A stretch of DNA of 64,000 bases from a virus (taxonomy: Duplodnaviria > Caudoviricetes), in IMG/VR virus record IMGVR_UViG_3300029288_000001, positions 32,001 to 96,000 of that record. One strand, written 5' to 3'. Under the pieces are notes generated by a model that saw only the letters and a program-made list of their open reading frames with translations, did no database searches and had not been told where the DNA came from. The position numbers and the translations under genes were made by a program. Shown piece after piece: positions 33,985 through 45,354 of the stretch (positions are counted from its first letter, which is position 1; every line of letters begins with the position of its first letter).

Positions 33985-36442
33985 TTATTCTTCTTTTAAA
34001 TATTTTGGTGTCTTATACTCCGCGTATTTATCTAACCCTTTCTTGGGTATGAATTTATCTACGATCGGATAATGCTTGTGCTCTAAGATGTCTTTTACAT
34101 CGAAGTAATGAATAGTAATCTCGTTCTCGCGTTTTAACCGCGCTACCTCCGCTCTAAAATCCGCCGAGAATTCCGTCGCGATGAAGATCCCTTCCGTCTG
34201 CTTCTCTCTTAATAGAGTCCCGCTAAACGCGTCTAGATGAGCGCGCCCCGCCTTGAATTTCTTTACTTGGATAAGGCACTCCCCCAGATTGCCGTCTATG
34301 CCGCCGTCGGCGCCTCTATTGCCCGAGAAGCCTCCAAACTCGCGTATGACGAAGTTCTGGAACTCGTAGCCGTCAAGCTGGGCGATCTCCTCGGGGGTGA
34401 TGGGTAGTCCTTCTATGATATCGAACCTTACTTTAAGGCGCTTGGCGATCAACCTACACGCAGTAGGAGATACATCTATTCCGATCCATTGCCTGTTGAG
34501 TTTCTTCGCTACGGCGATCGTTGTGCCACAGTTCCCATTCAATATTACTTTTCCTTCTCTTCTTATAATGATTATATGGGAAGGAACTGTTACACAATAT
34601 ACATAGTCGTTCCAATCAATAATTTCTGCGTGTTTTAATGTAGACTCGGTTCGTTTAATCGTTCCGCTGATGCAATAACATATACTCTTCGACCAGAATA
34701 ATCGACCATCCTTTGACATTTTTTTCTCCGTTCGTGGTAGTCGTTTTGAAATCGTAACACATATACCAAGCTTAACCATTATTTCTGCTATGTTATCAAT
34801 TAATTGTTTTGAAATGCTATAGATCCGTATTCCATCTTCCCTTGTCATTCCATCTGATAAGATTAAGCCTTCTAATACATCTTGTAAGTATGGTTTATCG
34901 TAGTTTAGAACTTCTCTTGGTATCGTGCGTGTTGGTTGTTTGTGGCATTGTTTAAGATAAGTAAAGATCTCTTCGTTGTTAAAGGTATATCGTCCTTCAG
35001 TTTTCTTCCAAACTATGTTCATTTTGTTTAAGAAGTTTTTAATGTAACTATCGTTGTCTTTTATTTGGCGTATTCCTACACGATACCCCGTTGATGTTTT
35101 TCCTTCGTCAATATATCCATCACCTAGCCAGAATCCAAGGAACTTACACCATGCGTGTGGGTCTATGTTATTTGGTGGTTTCGGTATATTTCCAGAGCTA
35201 ATTCCATTGCAGTTTCTTTTAATTTTCGCTAGCCATTTTATGTCCTTAGCTTTGATAAAATCATAATCTGTATAATGAAATGTTGGGGCGGTCTTTCTCT
35301 CAGCCGCATACATGTTATGATCGGGCGTGACTAAAATGTCATACATTGTGGATTTCCAGTGATACATCTTTCCATTATGGATATATTTCTGTTTCGTTAT
35401 AGCATCTACATATTCAATGGTATTACCTTCTACTTGGGCGATCCTTTCGTTTTCTAGGTTCTTAAATTTTACCCATCCGTTCTCTGTTAATAACTCCGTT
35501 TCTCCATCGTAACATCCACAAAACGCGTCAAGGACGACATCGTTCTCGTTGGAACTGGTTTTGATTATACGTTCTAAGAGCGCTTCTGGCTTCTGTGTTG
35601 GATAACCAAGTCGTTCTTTTGATGACGGATGTAAATACATTCCATCCCATACATCTGAGCATGGTATATTAGCATCGAGATATTTTTTATAATTAGGTAA
35701 TCCTCCACTCGACCATTCGAACTCTCCACCATTCCTTACGAATTCGTCTATCTTATTTTGAGTCCATACCCAACCGTGTTTATTATCTAATTGAACTGTT
35801 TTGTCTTCCGTTGGGAAGTATCTACTTTGACCTTTTGAGACATCTACATAACTATTAGCTTTTATGATAGTTATACTTCTATAATATCCTTTGTTATCTT
35901 TTTTCTTGTATTGACCAGATAGATCTTTGGACTTTTCTTTTTGAATGTTAAATATATAATCGTCTGATTTGGTATAAATCAATATTACATCGTGGATTAC
36001 TCCAAATTTATTAGTGCCAGTTCCTTTAGCGTTCGTTCTCAACCAGCATATACGATTTAAAGGATCTCTATCGAATATTTGATCGCATAGAACTCTTAAA
36101 TACGCGTCCGCGTGCCAGTCGCAATGGAGATAGAAGCTTCCCGTTTTTTTAAGAACCCGATATATTTCCTTAATTCTCGGTTCCATCCACTCCAGATACA
36201 CGTTGATATCCTTCTTCGCCCGTCCGCTCCCGTTCTTGTTCTCGGTAATCCAACGGTCTCCAAACTGCCGTATTTCCGCGCCGTCGCCCCAAATGACCTC
36301 GTAGTTCTTGATCGCGAAGGATTAGTAAAATCTAATCGGTTTTCGTGAAGAACGGAGGGTCTATGTAGACGAGATCGACGGACTCGGATTCCAAGGTCTT
36401 GAGGACTTCTAAATTATCTCCACATATTATTCTTTCTATCAT
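33985..36442 (-). CDS. N6/N4 DNA methyltransferase (beta class) fused to an Mrr-like nuclease domain; contains an intein and a predicted 31-nt intron
   Basis: Exon 1 (36442-36342) reads MIERIICGDNLEVL...DLVYIDPPFFT. Exon 2 has YLHCD, YPTQKPEALLERII, DAFCG/CGTT, and a C-terminal GYEFQ...DGGIDG...IQVK. Confidence 0.88.
34531..35514 (-). mobile_element. Intein (328 aa) with LAGLIDADG homing endonuclease
   Basis: Splits the SAM motif DAFCG|CGT. Starts CYDGETELLTENGW and ends VYCVTVP...GN|C; contains FLGFWLGDG and LEGLILSDG. Confidence 0.93.
36311..36341 (-). other. Predicted BHB-type mRNA intron, 31 nt
   Basis: GUUCUU CACG AA^A...GAUUAG-loop-CUAAUC...CGCG AU^C AAGAAC. Removal deletes an in-frame TAG and fixes the frame, giving DPPFFTNKNYEVIWGD. 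Confidence 0.75.
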
Positions 36443-37855
36443 TTTAATAACCTCTCTAAATATTCTGGATGATCCCTTTTCCATATTACGCCTTCTATTG
36501 AATATGGACTAATTCCTCTTTTTATAAGATCATCGTCTAATTTCTGAAAGATATTTTGTTTTCTTTTTCTTTTCTTCATTTCCTTAAACCTCTTTCTTGT
36601 TTTATGATCGTTTTAAACTATTTAAATAAAATTATTAATTAGAACTTACTTAGCGAAGGAGCAGATTCGTTAAATACTCCCATTCCTGTTTCTCTTCTTC
36701 CGTTACCTCTTCTTTCTTTAATACCAGCTTGGTGCGTAGGTAAATCCAACGATACGCGCGTTTCTTATCTATCCTTTTCGCGAGAATTTCTAACGCTTCT
36801 TCGCTTGGAAGACCTTTCTTTAACTTTTCAAAGTCTTCTAACGCTTCCATGAATTCTTTCACGGATTATCTCCTTCCAATTTCAAGAAATAAATACCTTC
36901 CTTCCCAATGTCATACCCCCGTATCCGATATTTCCGCTCGGGGTGGTTCTTGGTCGCGCGTTCAAGGCACGACTCGCAGAGCGCGATCACTTTAGAACCG
37001 CACCGCCAGCGCATTAATTCGCCTTTCGCGTCGTAGATGTCCACCGGGAGACCATCCTTGATACAGTCTTTTCCGCAGCACTTTACCACGTTATTTCTTC
37101 TCCAACTCCTTTTTATCGATTCCGCTTGCCAATTTATTAAAACACGCCCTACAAATTCGTTTCCCTTCGAACATAAACACTTGCCGTCGCTTCAATTTGG
37201 CAACGCACAACCCACAATACTTTTGTTTGGGTTCTCTTTTATAATCCGTTACTATTGGGCTCATGGTTCCTTTCTACCTCTCGGTCTCTTTTTTAATCCT
37301 CGTCGTCTTCTTCTTCTTCGTCGTCCTCGTCCTCGGTTATGGTGTCCATCGCCATTTCCCGTTCGTCTCTCGGAAGCTCGGATATCATGGACGCTCCCAG
37401 CATTCCAAACCACTCGCTATCGAGGACTACGGTGAGCTCGTTGTCTCCTTCCTTAATGCGGAAGTAATACTCACCTTCGTCGTTGTGACCTACAAGGTAA
37501 CGGATCTTCTTTCCTATATAATTTCTTTCTTCTTTCGTACCCTCCTTTTCGTAGCAGTCCCCGCACATTCCATGTTGTGTTATGGACTTTTTAATATCGC
37601 TAAAAAAAGACGAAGACACCACAATGGGAAGGATGGTTTCTCCTTCTTGAAAAGATATTGGCTCATTCATAGTATCAGACCATTTTCTTTTACATATTGG
37701 ACATTCTATATTCATATTTTTACACCTTTTTTATTCCGTAGTTCCCCGACTCGATCTGAGTCTAGGTTTAAAATAGGAAAAAAATGATTTGGTTTGGGTT
37801 TATATGTGTTTCGATTGAGGTAAAATTGTTCGTTTTCGTTCGTGATCGTCATAGA

Positions 37856-38653
37856 GCGGGCGCGGATCTTCTATGGTTTTCGGATTTAGATTGGCTCGCG
37901 TTAACAATCTGGTTTTCGAGCATTAAGTGGCTCGCGATTATATGATGGTTCTCGGACCCGTAGTGGCTCGCGCTTCGTTCATGGGTTACGGTTGTAAAGC
38001 GGCTTCGCGTATATAGAGTGGTTCTCGAACCTCTGGTGGCTCGCGTCCAAGTTTTGGTTTTCGATTAGAAAATGGCTCGCGTTTTGTTCTTGGGTTTCGA
38101 TCGTCTAATGGCTCGCGGTTTATCGGTGGGTTTCGAATGCTCTGTGGCTCGCGGTGCTAATATGGTTCTCGATTTTAGATTGACTCGCGGAAATATTGTG
38201 GTTTTCGGGGATATCATGACTCGCGGGCACATTGTGGGTTCCGAGATAGCTATGGCTCGCGTATATCCAATGGGTTTCGAGGTTTCTGAGGCTCGCGGGG
38301 TTCATATGGTTTTCGATTTTGTTGTGGCTCGCGTCTGCATTTTGGGTTGCGAAACGACCTTGGCTCGCGTAGTTAATGTGGGTTTCGAGGGTATCGTGAC
38401 TCGCGTTCTTATCTTGGCTCTCGAACTTTCTGTGGCTCGCGAAGGCGAGTTGGGTTTCGAATACCTTATGGCTCGCGTTCTTTATATAGGTTTCGAAAAG
38501 AAATTGGCTCGCGGTTATTGAATGGTTTCCGAATTTTATATGGCTCGCGACAAGGCACTGGGTCTCGAATTCTCATTGGCTCGCGTTATTGATGTGGGTT
38601 TCGAGAATATCATGGCTCGCGGTGATTTAATGGGTTTCGATCCAGTCTTGGCT
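37856..38653 (-). ncRNA. TIGR-like dual-spacer array 1 (22 units of 36 nt), orphan
   Basis: Plus strand reads TGGCTCGCG-N9-TGGKTTTCG-N9 repeatedly, with loop repeats from 37874 to 38631. Spacers are variable. Confidence 0.9.
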
Positions 38654-38948
38654 ATATAAACACCATTTCCTCCAGTCTCTCGTCCATCGACGGCGTGGTT
38701 CTCTCTACGACCTGGAGCGACATCGCTACGTAGCCTTCCGCTAAGAAAGCTTTATTGTCGAGAAGGTAGGTCACTTTACAGAGGAGCTCTCGCCCCATAT
38801 ACTTCTCGGTCGTAGGATTATAGTCCTTCAACCGCAGGTAGTCTCCCACTTTATAGTTACGATCGTTCTTTCTTATTTCGAACAACTTAACGCCGTTCCA
38901 CACGGGATTGAAATATTCTGTCCAGCACTTTAGATCGTGCGTAGTCAT
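38652..38948 (-). CDS. ASCH/PUA-fold DUF3850-like protein
   Basis: HDLKCWTEYF...GVKLFEIRKNDRNYKVGDYL...GYVAMS. Confidence 0.88.
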   Translation of the reverse strand: MTTHDLKCWTEYFNPVWNGVKLFEIRKNDRNYKVGDYLRLKDYNPTTEKYMGRELLCKVTYLLDNKAFLAEGYVAMSLQVVERTTPSMDERLEEMVFI

Positions 38949-41900
38949 ATTTTATACTTCCTCCAATATACTTAATTCTTTTTCTATAGGAAGGTCGGGT
39001 AATTCCCCTTCCGTGATCTTAATTAACTCGGGATATAAAGACATCAACCGCATGAGCTCGTCTTCCGCGGCGTCTATGTCGCTCCAAGATTTGAGGCTCT
39101 TTAATCTTTCTTGCACGCGCCACCGAATTAACCCGAGAATTATCCAATGAAACACGCTCGCGCGTCGGACGAGCCGTATCCATAATTTCGTCTGATAATC
39201 CCAGCTATATTTAATAGCATACCATTTATTAGAAACTTTCGTTCTACGAGCGTCGTACCACGTAAATAGCGTTAAATACCGAGCTTGGAGCTTGTTATGA
39301 AGTCTATTTCGCCACAGATAGTATCTTTGTTTTATAGGACGCTTGATCGCCCGTTCGTAACACTTCTCGCACAGGAGCCTATCCCATTGATCGCCCGCAG
39401 TAAAACCTACTCTCGCGCGAAGGTCGGTAAGCGGTCTAGCGCATCGTCCACAATATTCCGTGCGATATACGCTTTCTTCTTTTTTCTTAACTTCAAAAAT
39501 AGGCGAAAACAGCCCTCCATCTTGAGGTATTTTATCAGCCAAGATTAGAGGTTTATCTTCTTCTTTTATAGCCTCTTCCTTGAATAATCTAGGATTCATG
39601 ATATAGGTTTGATCGTGTTTCCATTCAGCAGGATCGAACGGTTTGATGCTATTTAACGGTAATTCAACGAACTCAGAATCCTGTTTTTCTGTAGTAGTTA
39701 TTGGTATTCCACTGCCCGACACAACACCATAAGTGTATCCTTCGAACTCGTACACGACCTCTCCTTCGTGATAATCGCGGTCTAACCAATCGCATTCTTT
39801 CCGCGTAACTTCTCTCTTCACGATTAGTTTTCTTGGCATGTGTTTATTTCTCTCCTTATTTTGTTTTCTTCGTCATAAAATACGCTTCCGCAGTTTTTAT
39901 AAATGCGTCGAGCTGGGCGCTTATCCGATCTTTTAATTGGTCTACGAACTCCACTGCTTCCGCGTATGAATCGAAATCGTCGGGGGAAACATTGTTTTGA
40001 CAACAGCCGCAGCCGTCGTCGGAGACTTTAACCGAACCGTCGTAATCTATGCGCGGAAAAAACGTTCTTCCTTGACTTATCATCTTAGTTAGATAGCTCT
40101 TCATTTACTTTCCTCCAGAAATATTTTTTCTTGGATTAGATCGTCCAGAGCTTCGAACAGATTCTTAGCCTTTCTAAACCGTTCGATCGTGCCGTCCGTT
40201 AAGAAACAATGATCGTATTCGAGTGGGCGGACTCGTTCTTCTTCGTTCTCGTTTATCGTGATCTCGTCAGTGACATATAACTCCTCTTCGTTTCTATGCA
40301 CTAATCGTCTCGGCATTTACTTTCCTCCTTTTAATAGGTCCACGAGCGGAAATGTATCGAAGACCTTTAACCGATCTTGGTCCACGCGCACGCACATACT
40401 TCCTACATTGAAATAGAAGCGAAAACACTTCGAGGTCGCGTAGTACACTACTATGATCTTGCGGTGGAAATTGTTTAAAATATTACCGATCTTCTTCCGT
40501 TTGTTGCACGCTTTATACTTACGAACCTCGTAGGCTTGGCACGAGCTTCTCGCCTGCATATATTTTCCGATCGATATAGGGAATATGTAATATCTATATC
40601 TTGGTTCTTTTGATTTATACCAAGCTGGATGGAGATCGTACCACATCTTATCAACCACGTTGTCCGACAAATATATAGACAGAGCGTATTTCGCCTCTGT
40701 AAACATATCGAACAACGGATCTTGGCGAAGTCTTAATTGCCTCTCGTAACTAAGCTTAATATACTCCTTCCGTTCCTTTAACTTCTCCGCCCGTTTACTT
40801 ACCACCAACGCGGCGGCGTCCTTTTTCTTTTTTATTATTTCCTCGATTTCCTCTTTCGTTTTCATTTATTCCTCTTCCTCCTCTTCGTCTTCTTCGTTGC
40901 CTACGATCATGGTTAGAGCCATTAAGAACGTGTCGAGCTCGCCATCTCCCCCAAGTCCTTTATCGTCGCATTTGGAGCAGATCCCTCCGTCTATGTCTTC
41001 GTCCTCGTCCCCTAGATCGCCACAAAAAAGACACGCACCTTCGTCGGCGCGATTTATTAACTCTTTTATTTTATCTATTTTTTCGGTATCATTACTACTC
41101 ATTTTTTCTTCTCCTCCCACCAGTATCGACAGGTCTCGCACTGGTAAGTAGTCTTTTTCTGATCGTCTCGTAACTTTCTTATTCTTACGCTGAAACATTT
41201 ATGGCAGTTCCCTTTCAAAAACAACGCACCATCGTCAAGTCCACTACACTTCCATTCCACATACGCATAGAAACACCGTATCGCGTGGTATATAAACCAT
41301 ACTAAGGCACCTACGCATATAACGATTATTATACATAACATAATCCGTAGTTGTATCTAAAACTCTCGTTGTTTTTTAAAAAAAAATACAATTTAATTAA
41401 GTTTTTTTTCTATTTAAGCATTTTTATTCGTTTTAACAATCACTGTTATCGAACGAGAACTCTTTTCCACATTCTGGGCAGAAATGAAGCTCGTCCCAGT
41501 CCGTTACGGTGTATTCCATAGTAGCATAAGTTCTCGCGTTTTCGTATCTTGGATAGATCTTCATTCCTTTATAGTATAACCTTAAACCATTACTACCGTC
41601 TCGATGTGGGATAAAACCGTGCTTCCACGAGCTTATTAACGCGAACTTCGCGCCTTTAACCACGCTACATTCTTTCTTGTTTAAGAATAGTAATATCCTC
41701 AGCAGTTTTAACGAGCGCCTTTTAACCGCGATGTAAGGATACTCGGGACAGTAGAGCCCGTCGTAGTTCTTACAATGAGGACATCTATATTCCATATCTA
41801 CCATAGATTCCTTCTTTTCCAATCCTTCGTTAAACGGGTTATTTTCTGGGTTAAACTCGCAGGTCTTACACTCCTCGCATTGGTCGAAGGTATCTAAACA

Positions 41901-42424
41901 TATTATGTCGTTTCTATAAACACAATCGGTCATTTCCGCACCCCCGCCTCTTTTCTGCATTCCTCCATTGGGAATTTACACGAACCTTCGTAAGTACAAT
42001 GAGGTGTCCACATATTTCTTAGTTCGGGACACTCTAAATTGATTAGAATATTATCATAACCGTCTTCGTTGTTCGGATGGCTCACGGTGCGCCCACCTCC
42101 TCTTTAATCTCTTCTATTTCTGCCGTTACGGTTATTCTATATCGCTTATTATCTTCCATGAAATCCTCTAACTCAAACTTCCAGTAGTCAAGTTTCGAAG
42201 GAAAGGTTCGTGCGTGGTGTCTTCCGTATTTTTCCCTATTAAAAGTTCCTTCTACGGTCTTAGTATATTTCATTTCTTCTCGTCCCCGAGCTTCTTTAAT
42301 TTCAATAAAACATCGTCTAATTTCTCGTGAAGCTTCTTAATCTCCGCGTTCAGGTTAATGCTCACTAAATTAACCAAATCGTCCAATGCCGCTAATTTCT
42401 GCAAGATTACCTCATAGGTATCCA

Positions 42425-43735
42425 TTATGTACCGCCCCCGAGCTTCTCTTGTAAGTTCCTCAAATGCGTGATGATTCCCGCGTATAACTGAATACCGTTG
42501 ATTCCCATGTCGTCTCCTAATCCTTGTTTTGTTTGATCAATCCACGCGAAGATTGCGTTAATGTCCTTAGCGACCTCCGCCTTCTCGACCCATTTCTTTC
42601 TGCGAGAACATCTCTTTTTTCTATCCTCTGGTCTATACGAACAATAACCGTTGCAATTGAGGTCTTCGCATTCATAACATAAATCAAAAGGATGAGAGGG
42701 TTCCGCCGCCGCGCCCTTCTCTATTGGTTTAAAATAATCACATATTCCCCATGTATCTACATTCAAGCAATCCTCAGACATATATTGCGAGCAGAATTCC
42801 TTACAAGTTGGTTCGTCGTAAGGTTCGCCCTTCGGTTCAAAACTACTATATTCTTCGTCGCATTCATCGCATTCGGGAGAAGGATCTTTAAACATACATT
42901 CTTCGCATTTCTGAAACATTTTAGAGGGTTTCGATTTCGAGTCGGTCTCTTTCTCTAATTCCGTTTGTCGTAGGTTATAGCCTTGCCAGAACTCGTTTGA
43001 TTTCTCGATCTCGGTCTTGTCTTCCTTCGATTTAAAGATCGGTAATCCACACATGTTTCCGTGCGAGTCTCGAGCACAGTTAGAAGTGTCGATGGTATAA
43101 TCCTTCGGCTTCGAGTCGGTTGAGGGGACTTGAACCCCTATTCCTCCCGTAAGAGAGTCTTTCCCCAGCTCGCGAGCCTGTTCCGCTTGTCTCGGAATTA
43201 GACTGACAACCGATTTCTCGCCCGAAGGCTCCTTCTCTTTCTCTCGTTCTTTGCTACAACTACTTGCGTGATTTACGGGTAGTCCTCCACATTCGGGGCA
43301 TCTAATCGAAGACTCCTTCACTTCGTGTAATTTCTGAGAGAGTTTTCTAAATAAATCAGACGCAATAGAATCAGAAGGTATTCTGCCTTCCGTAACATCC
43401 TTTAGTATGGATTCGATAAGAAAGAGCGCCCCGCGCAGAGCTTCGTTCTCTTTTCGAATATTTACTAATGTTATATTAGTTTTCGTGATCTCTCCCATTT
43501 CAGCTCCAATTCGTTCTTTAATATGCTCTCCTAATTGGTTGAACTGGGCTTCCAGCTTCTCAATCTTAGGCTCTATGAAGTTCTCTTGTCCAATACCACC
43601 TAATATCATCGCCTTCTCGGAGATCCAAGCGTTAATTCGTTTTAGAACTTCAGAATGGTTGTTGTCGAGGCTCGCGACCTTCTCTTTTAGATCGTTAAAT
43701 TCCTTTCGTTCTATATAGTCCATTTCTTTCACCAA
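42425..43735 (-). CDS. Mosaic protein B: coiled coil and Cys-rich cassettes
   Basis: Shares IEKLEAQ, LRGAL, KEPSGEKSV, TDSKPK, GAAAEPSH, KAEVAKDI and EKLGG with mosaic protein A. Confidence 0.7.
   Translation of the reverse strand: MVKEMDYIERKEFNDLKEKVASLDNNHSEVLKRINAWISEKAMILGGIGQENFIEPKIEKLEAQFNQLGEHIKERIGAEMGEITKTNITLVNIRKENEALRGALFLIESILKDVTEGRIPSDSIASDLFRKLSQKLHEVKESSIRCPECGGLPVNHASSCSKEREKEKEPSGEKSVVSLIPRQAEQARELGKDSLTGGIGVQVPSTDSKPKDYTIDTSNCARDSHGNMCGLPIFKSKEDKTEIEKSNEFWQGYNLRQTELEKETDSKSKPSKMFQKCEECMFKDPSPECDECDEEYSSFEPKGEPYDEPTCKEFCSQYMSEDCLNVDTWGICDYFKPIEKGAAAEPSHPFDLCYECEDLNCNGYCSYRPEDRKKRCSRRKKWVEKAEVAKDINAIFAWIDQTKQGLGDDMGINGIQLYAGIITHLRNLQEKLGGGT
43116..43213 (-). ncRNA. tRNA-like element embedded in a CDS (no anticodon loop)
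   Basis: Acceptor stem TCGGTTG/CAACCGA, T-arm AGGGG-TTCAAGT-CCCCT, D-stem AGTC/GACT with an enlarged loop, and CTCT-TACG-GGAG in place of the anticodon arm. Confidence 0.7.
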
Positions 43736-44595
43736 TCCATAAAATATACTATTTCGCGATAAACCGCGATGTGTCTATTCTCGGCTTCTTTCAACGCGTT
43801 ATCCAATAAGTCTCCGTATATATCTTCGCCAATGTAGTCTTTGATATATCCATGGACTTCCCAGTAATCGGCAGAATCGGAATACGAAGTGTTCGTCCTG
43901 CGCTGATACGCACTTATTAAATTTATTATATCGTCCATTTCCAACTCTTCTTTCTCGTAGAAGTTTTTTTCTCTACACCCGTCGCATTCCTCGGGTTCTT
44001 TGTCCTTAAACACGCTTCCACATTCTGTGCATATATAAAACATTATTTTACCAACTCCTCCATGTGCTGATCCATTGCCGCCGTTAAGAAACCTATAAAA
44101 CCTAGTCGATCTTCCTCGTTAAGGAGGTTAATCCTCTTGTTTCCATCGCGGTGTGTTAGAGCGTAACCCCAACCTTTTTGGAACTCGTCCACCAGTTTCT
44201 GTGCTAGGTTCCACGACAACTTCTTCCACTTTTCTAACTCTATTATTTTAGCTTCCATTCGTAACACCTCTTATCCTCTATATTAAGGCAATTATTCGTG
44301 ATATCTTCAAAAAATACAGCAGTTTCGTAGACGGTCACTTCGCCTAGACGTTTTTCGTAGACGAGGATCTTAACCTTACCGTTCTTAAATAACACGATCT
44401 TTCTAAGATCTTTAAATAAACTGTAATACTCCGTTATAATCTTCATAATTCATCCATCCATCAAATTAAAAACTAATCTATTAGAATGAAAACATTTTTT
44501 ACAGATTCTCTTTCCACGACCCCATAATGTTTGGGAGAGGGCTTCGTAGATTTTAATAATTCGTATTTTCTTGCAACTAACGCATCTACCGATCA

Positions 44596-45354
44596 TTACA
44601 ACGCCTCGGGAATGTGTTTTAATTTAACTTTGGTAAACTTTTTTAATGCTTCGATTAATTCCCCTGTCTTATATATCATAGGTTCTGGTAAGACACATCT
44701 GTCGCGGTGGCTATTATATCCTACATAAACGCGTTCTGGTTTAAGTTCCATTAACATGGGAACGAATTCTTCTAAGTCGAACTCTAAGATCGGTTCCACC
44801 GTGACCATGATCGGATTATCGGGCTCCTTTTCTTTAATGTAGGTTAAGAACTCCGCCCATCGTAGTTTTGGCGTAGGAGCGTTCGAGATCGTGCCATATG
44901 CCCGATTGGTTTCGAGGGTTATTGCGAGCATGCAATTGGGAGGGAAGAGCCGATCTATCTTGTAGAAAGTAGCTACATTCTTCGTTTGGAATAAGAACTT
45001 TCGATCGTTCCACTTCTCCGCTAAGACTACTAACTTTTCGATCATCTCCTTCGTAGCGAACGCGAGATCGCCAAACCGCGAGAGCCATATAAATTGATCT
45101 CCGGTAGTCGTAGGCATTCGTTTTTTCGTAGTAAGGTATTTTTGATACCGATCTTCGTGCCAATGAGGCTCGTAGTCGTAGCATTTCTGGCATCCGTTGA
45201 TTTGTTTTCCTTGATCGTCGAAATGTGGCATACGACGCTTCATTTGGGCTTTAAAACTTGGTTTACAATAACTACAAGTATACCCGCAGCCAATAAACAC
45301 ATTACCAAACGGTAACTTGACCGCGTCCTCGTACATATTATCCTTTTCTTCCAT
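44596..45354 (-). CDS. DUF5131 / phage Gp37-Gp68-like radical-SAM-type protein
   Basis: GCGYTCSYC (CxxxCxxC), FGDLAF, FLFQTKN, TLETNR, VTVEPIL. Confidence 0.75.
   Translation of the reverse strand: MEEKDNMYEDAVKLPFGNVFIGCGYTCSYCKPSFKAQMKRRMPHFDDQGKQINGCQKCYDYEPHWHEDRYQKYLTTKKRMPTTTGDQFIWLSRFGDLAFATKEMIEKLVVLAEKWNDRKFLFQTKNVATFYKIDRLFPPNCMLAITLETNRAYGTISNAPTPKLRWAEFLTYIKEKEPDNPIMVTVEPILEFDLEEFVPMLMELKPERVYVGYNSHRDRCVLPEPMIYKTGELIEALKKFTKVKLKHIPEAL

Noticed and set aside
38352-38360. Array spacers guiding editing at ACG starts (e.g. AAACGAC match near 29021)
   Set aside because: Only 6-7 nt partial matches were seen by eye, as expected by chance; an exhaustive search was not possible.
38072-38521. 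Repeat-protein ORFs over the arrays (38072..38521 +, 38120..38305 -, 62204..62686 -, 62241..62507 +, 62511..62708 +)
   Set aside because: A 36-nt period keeps frames open by chance. The 8-nt spacers and 10-nt repeats break frame, and conservation is at the nucleotide level.
43168-43179. GCTCGCGAGC palindrome resembling the array edge repeat
   Set aside because: Single copy with no loop repeat at 18-nt spacing; CGCG words are common in this genome.
43116-43213. Functional decoding tRNA gene
   Set aside because: No 7-nt anticodon loop, an oversized D-loop, and it lies inside an intact ORF.
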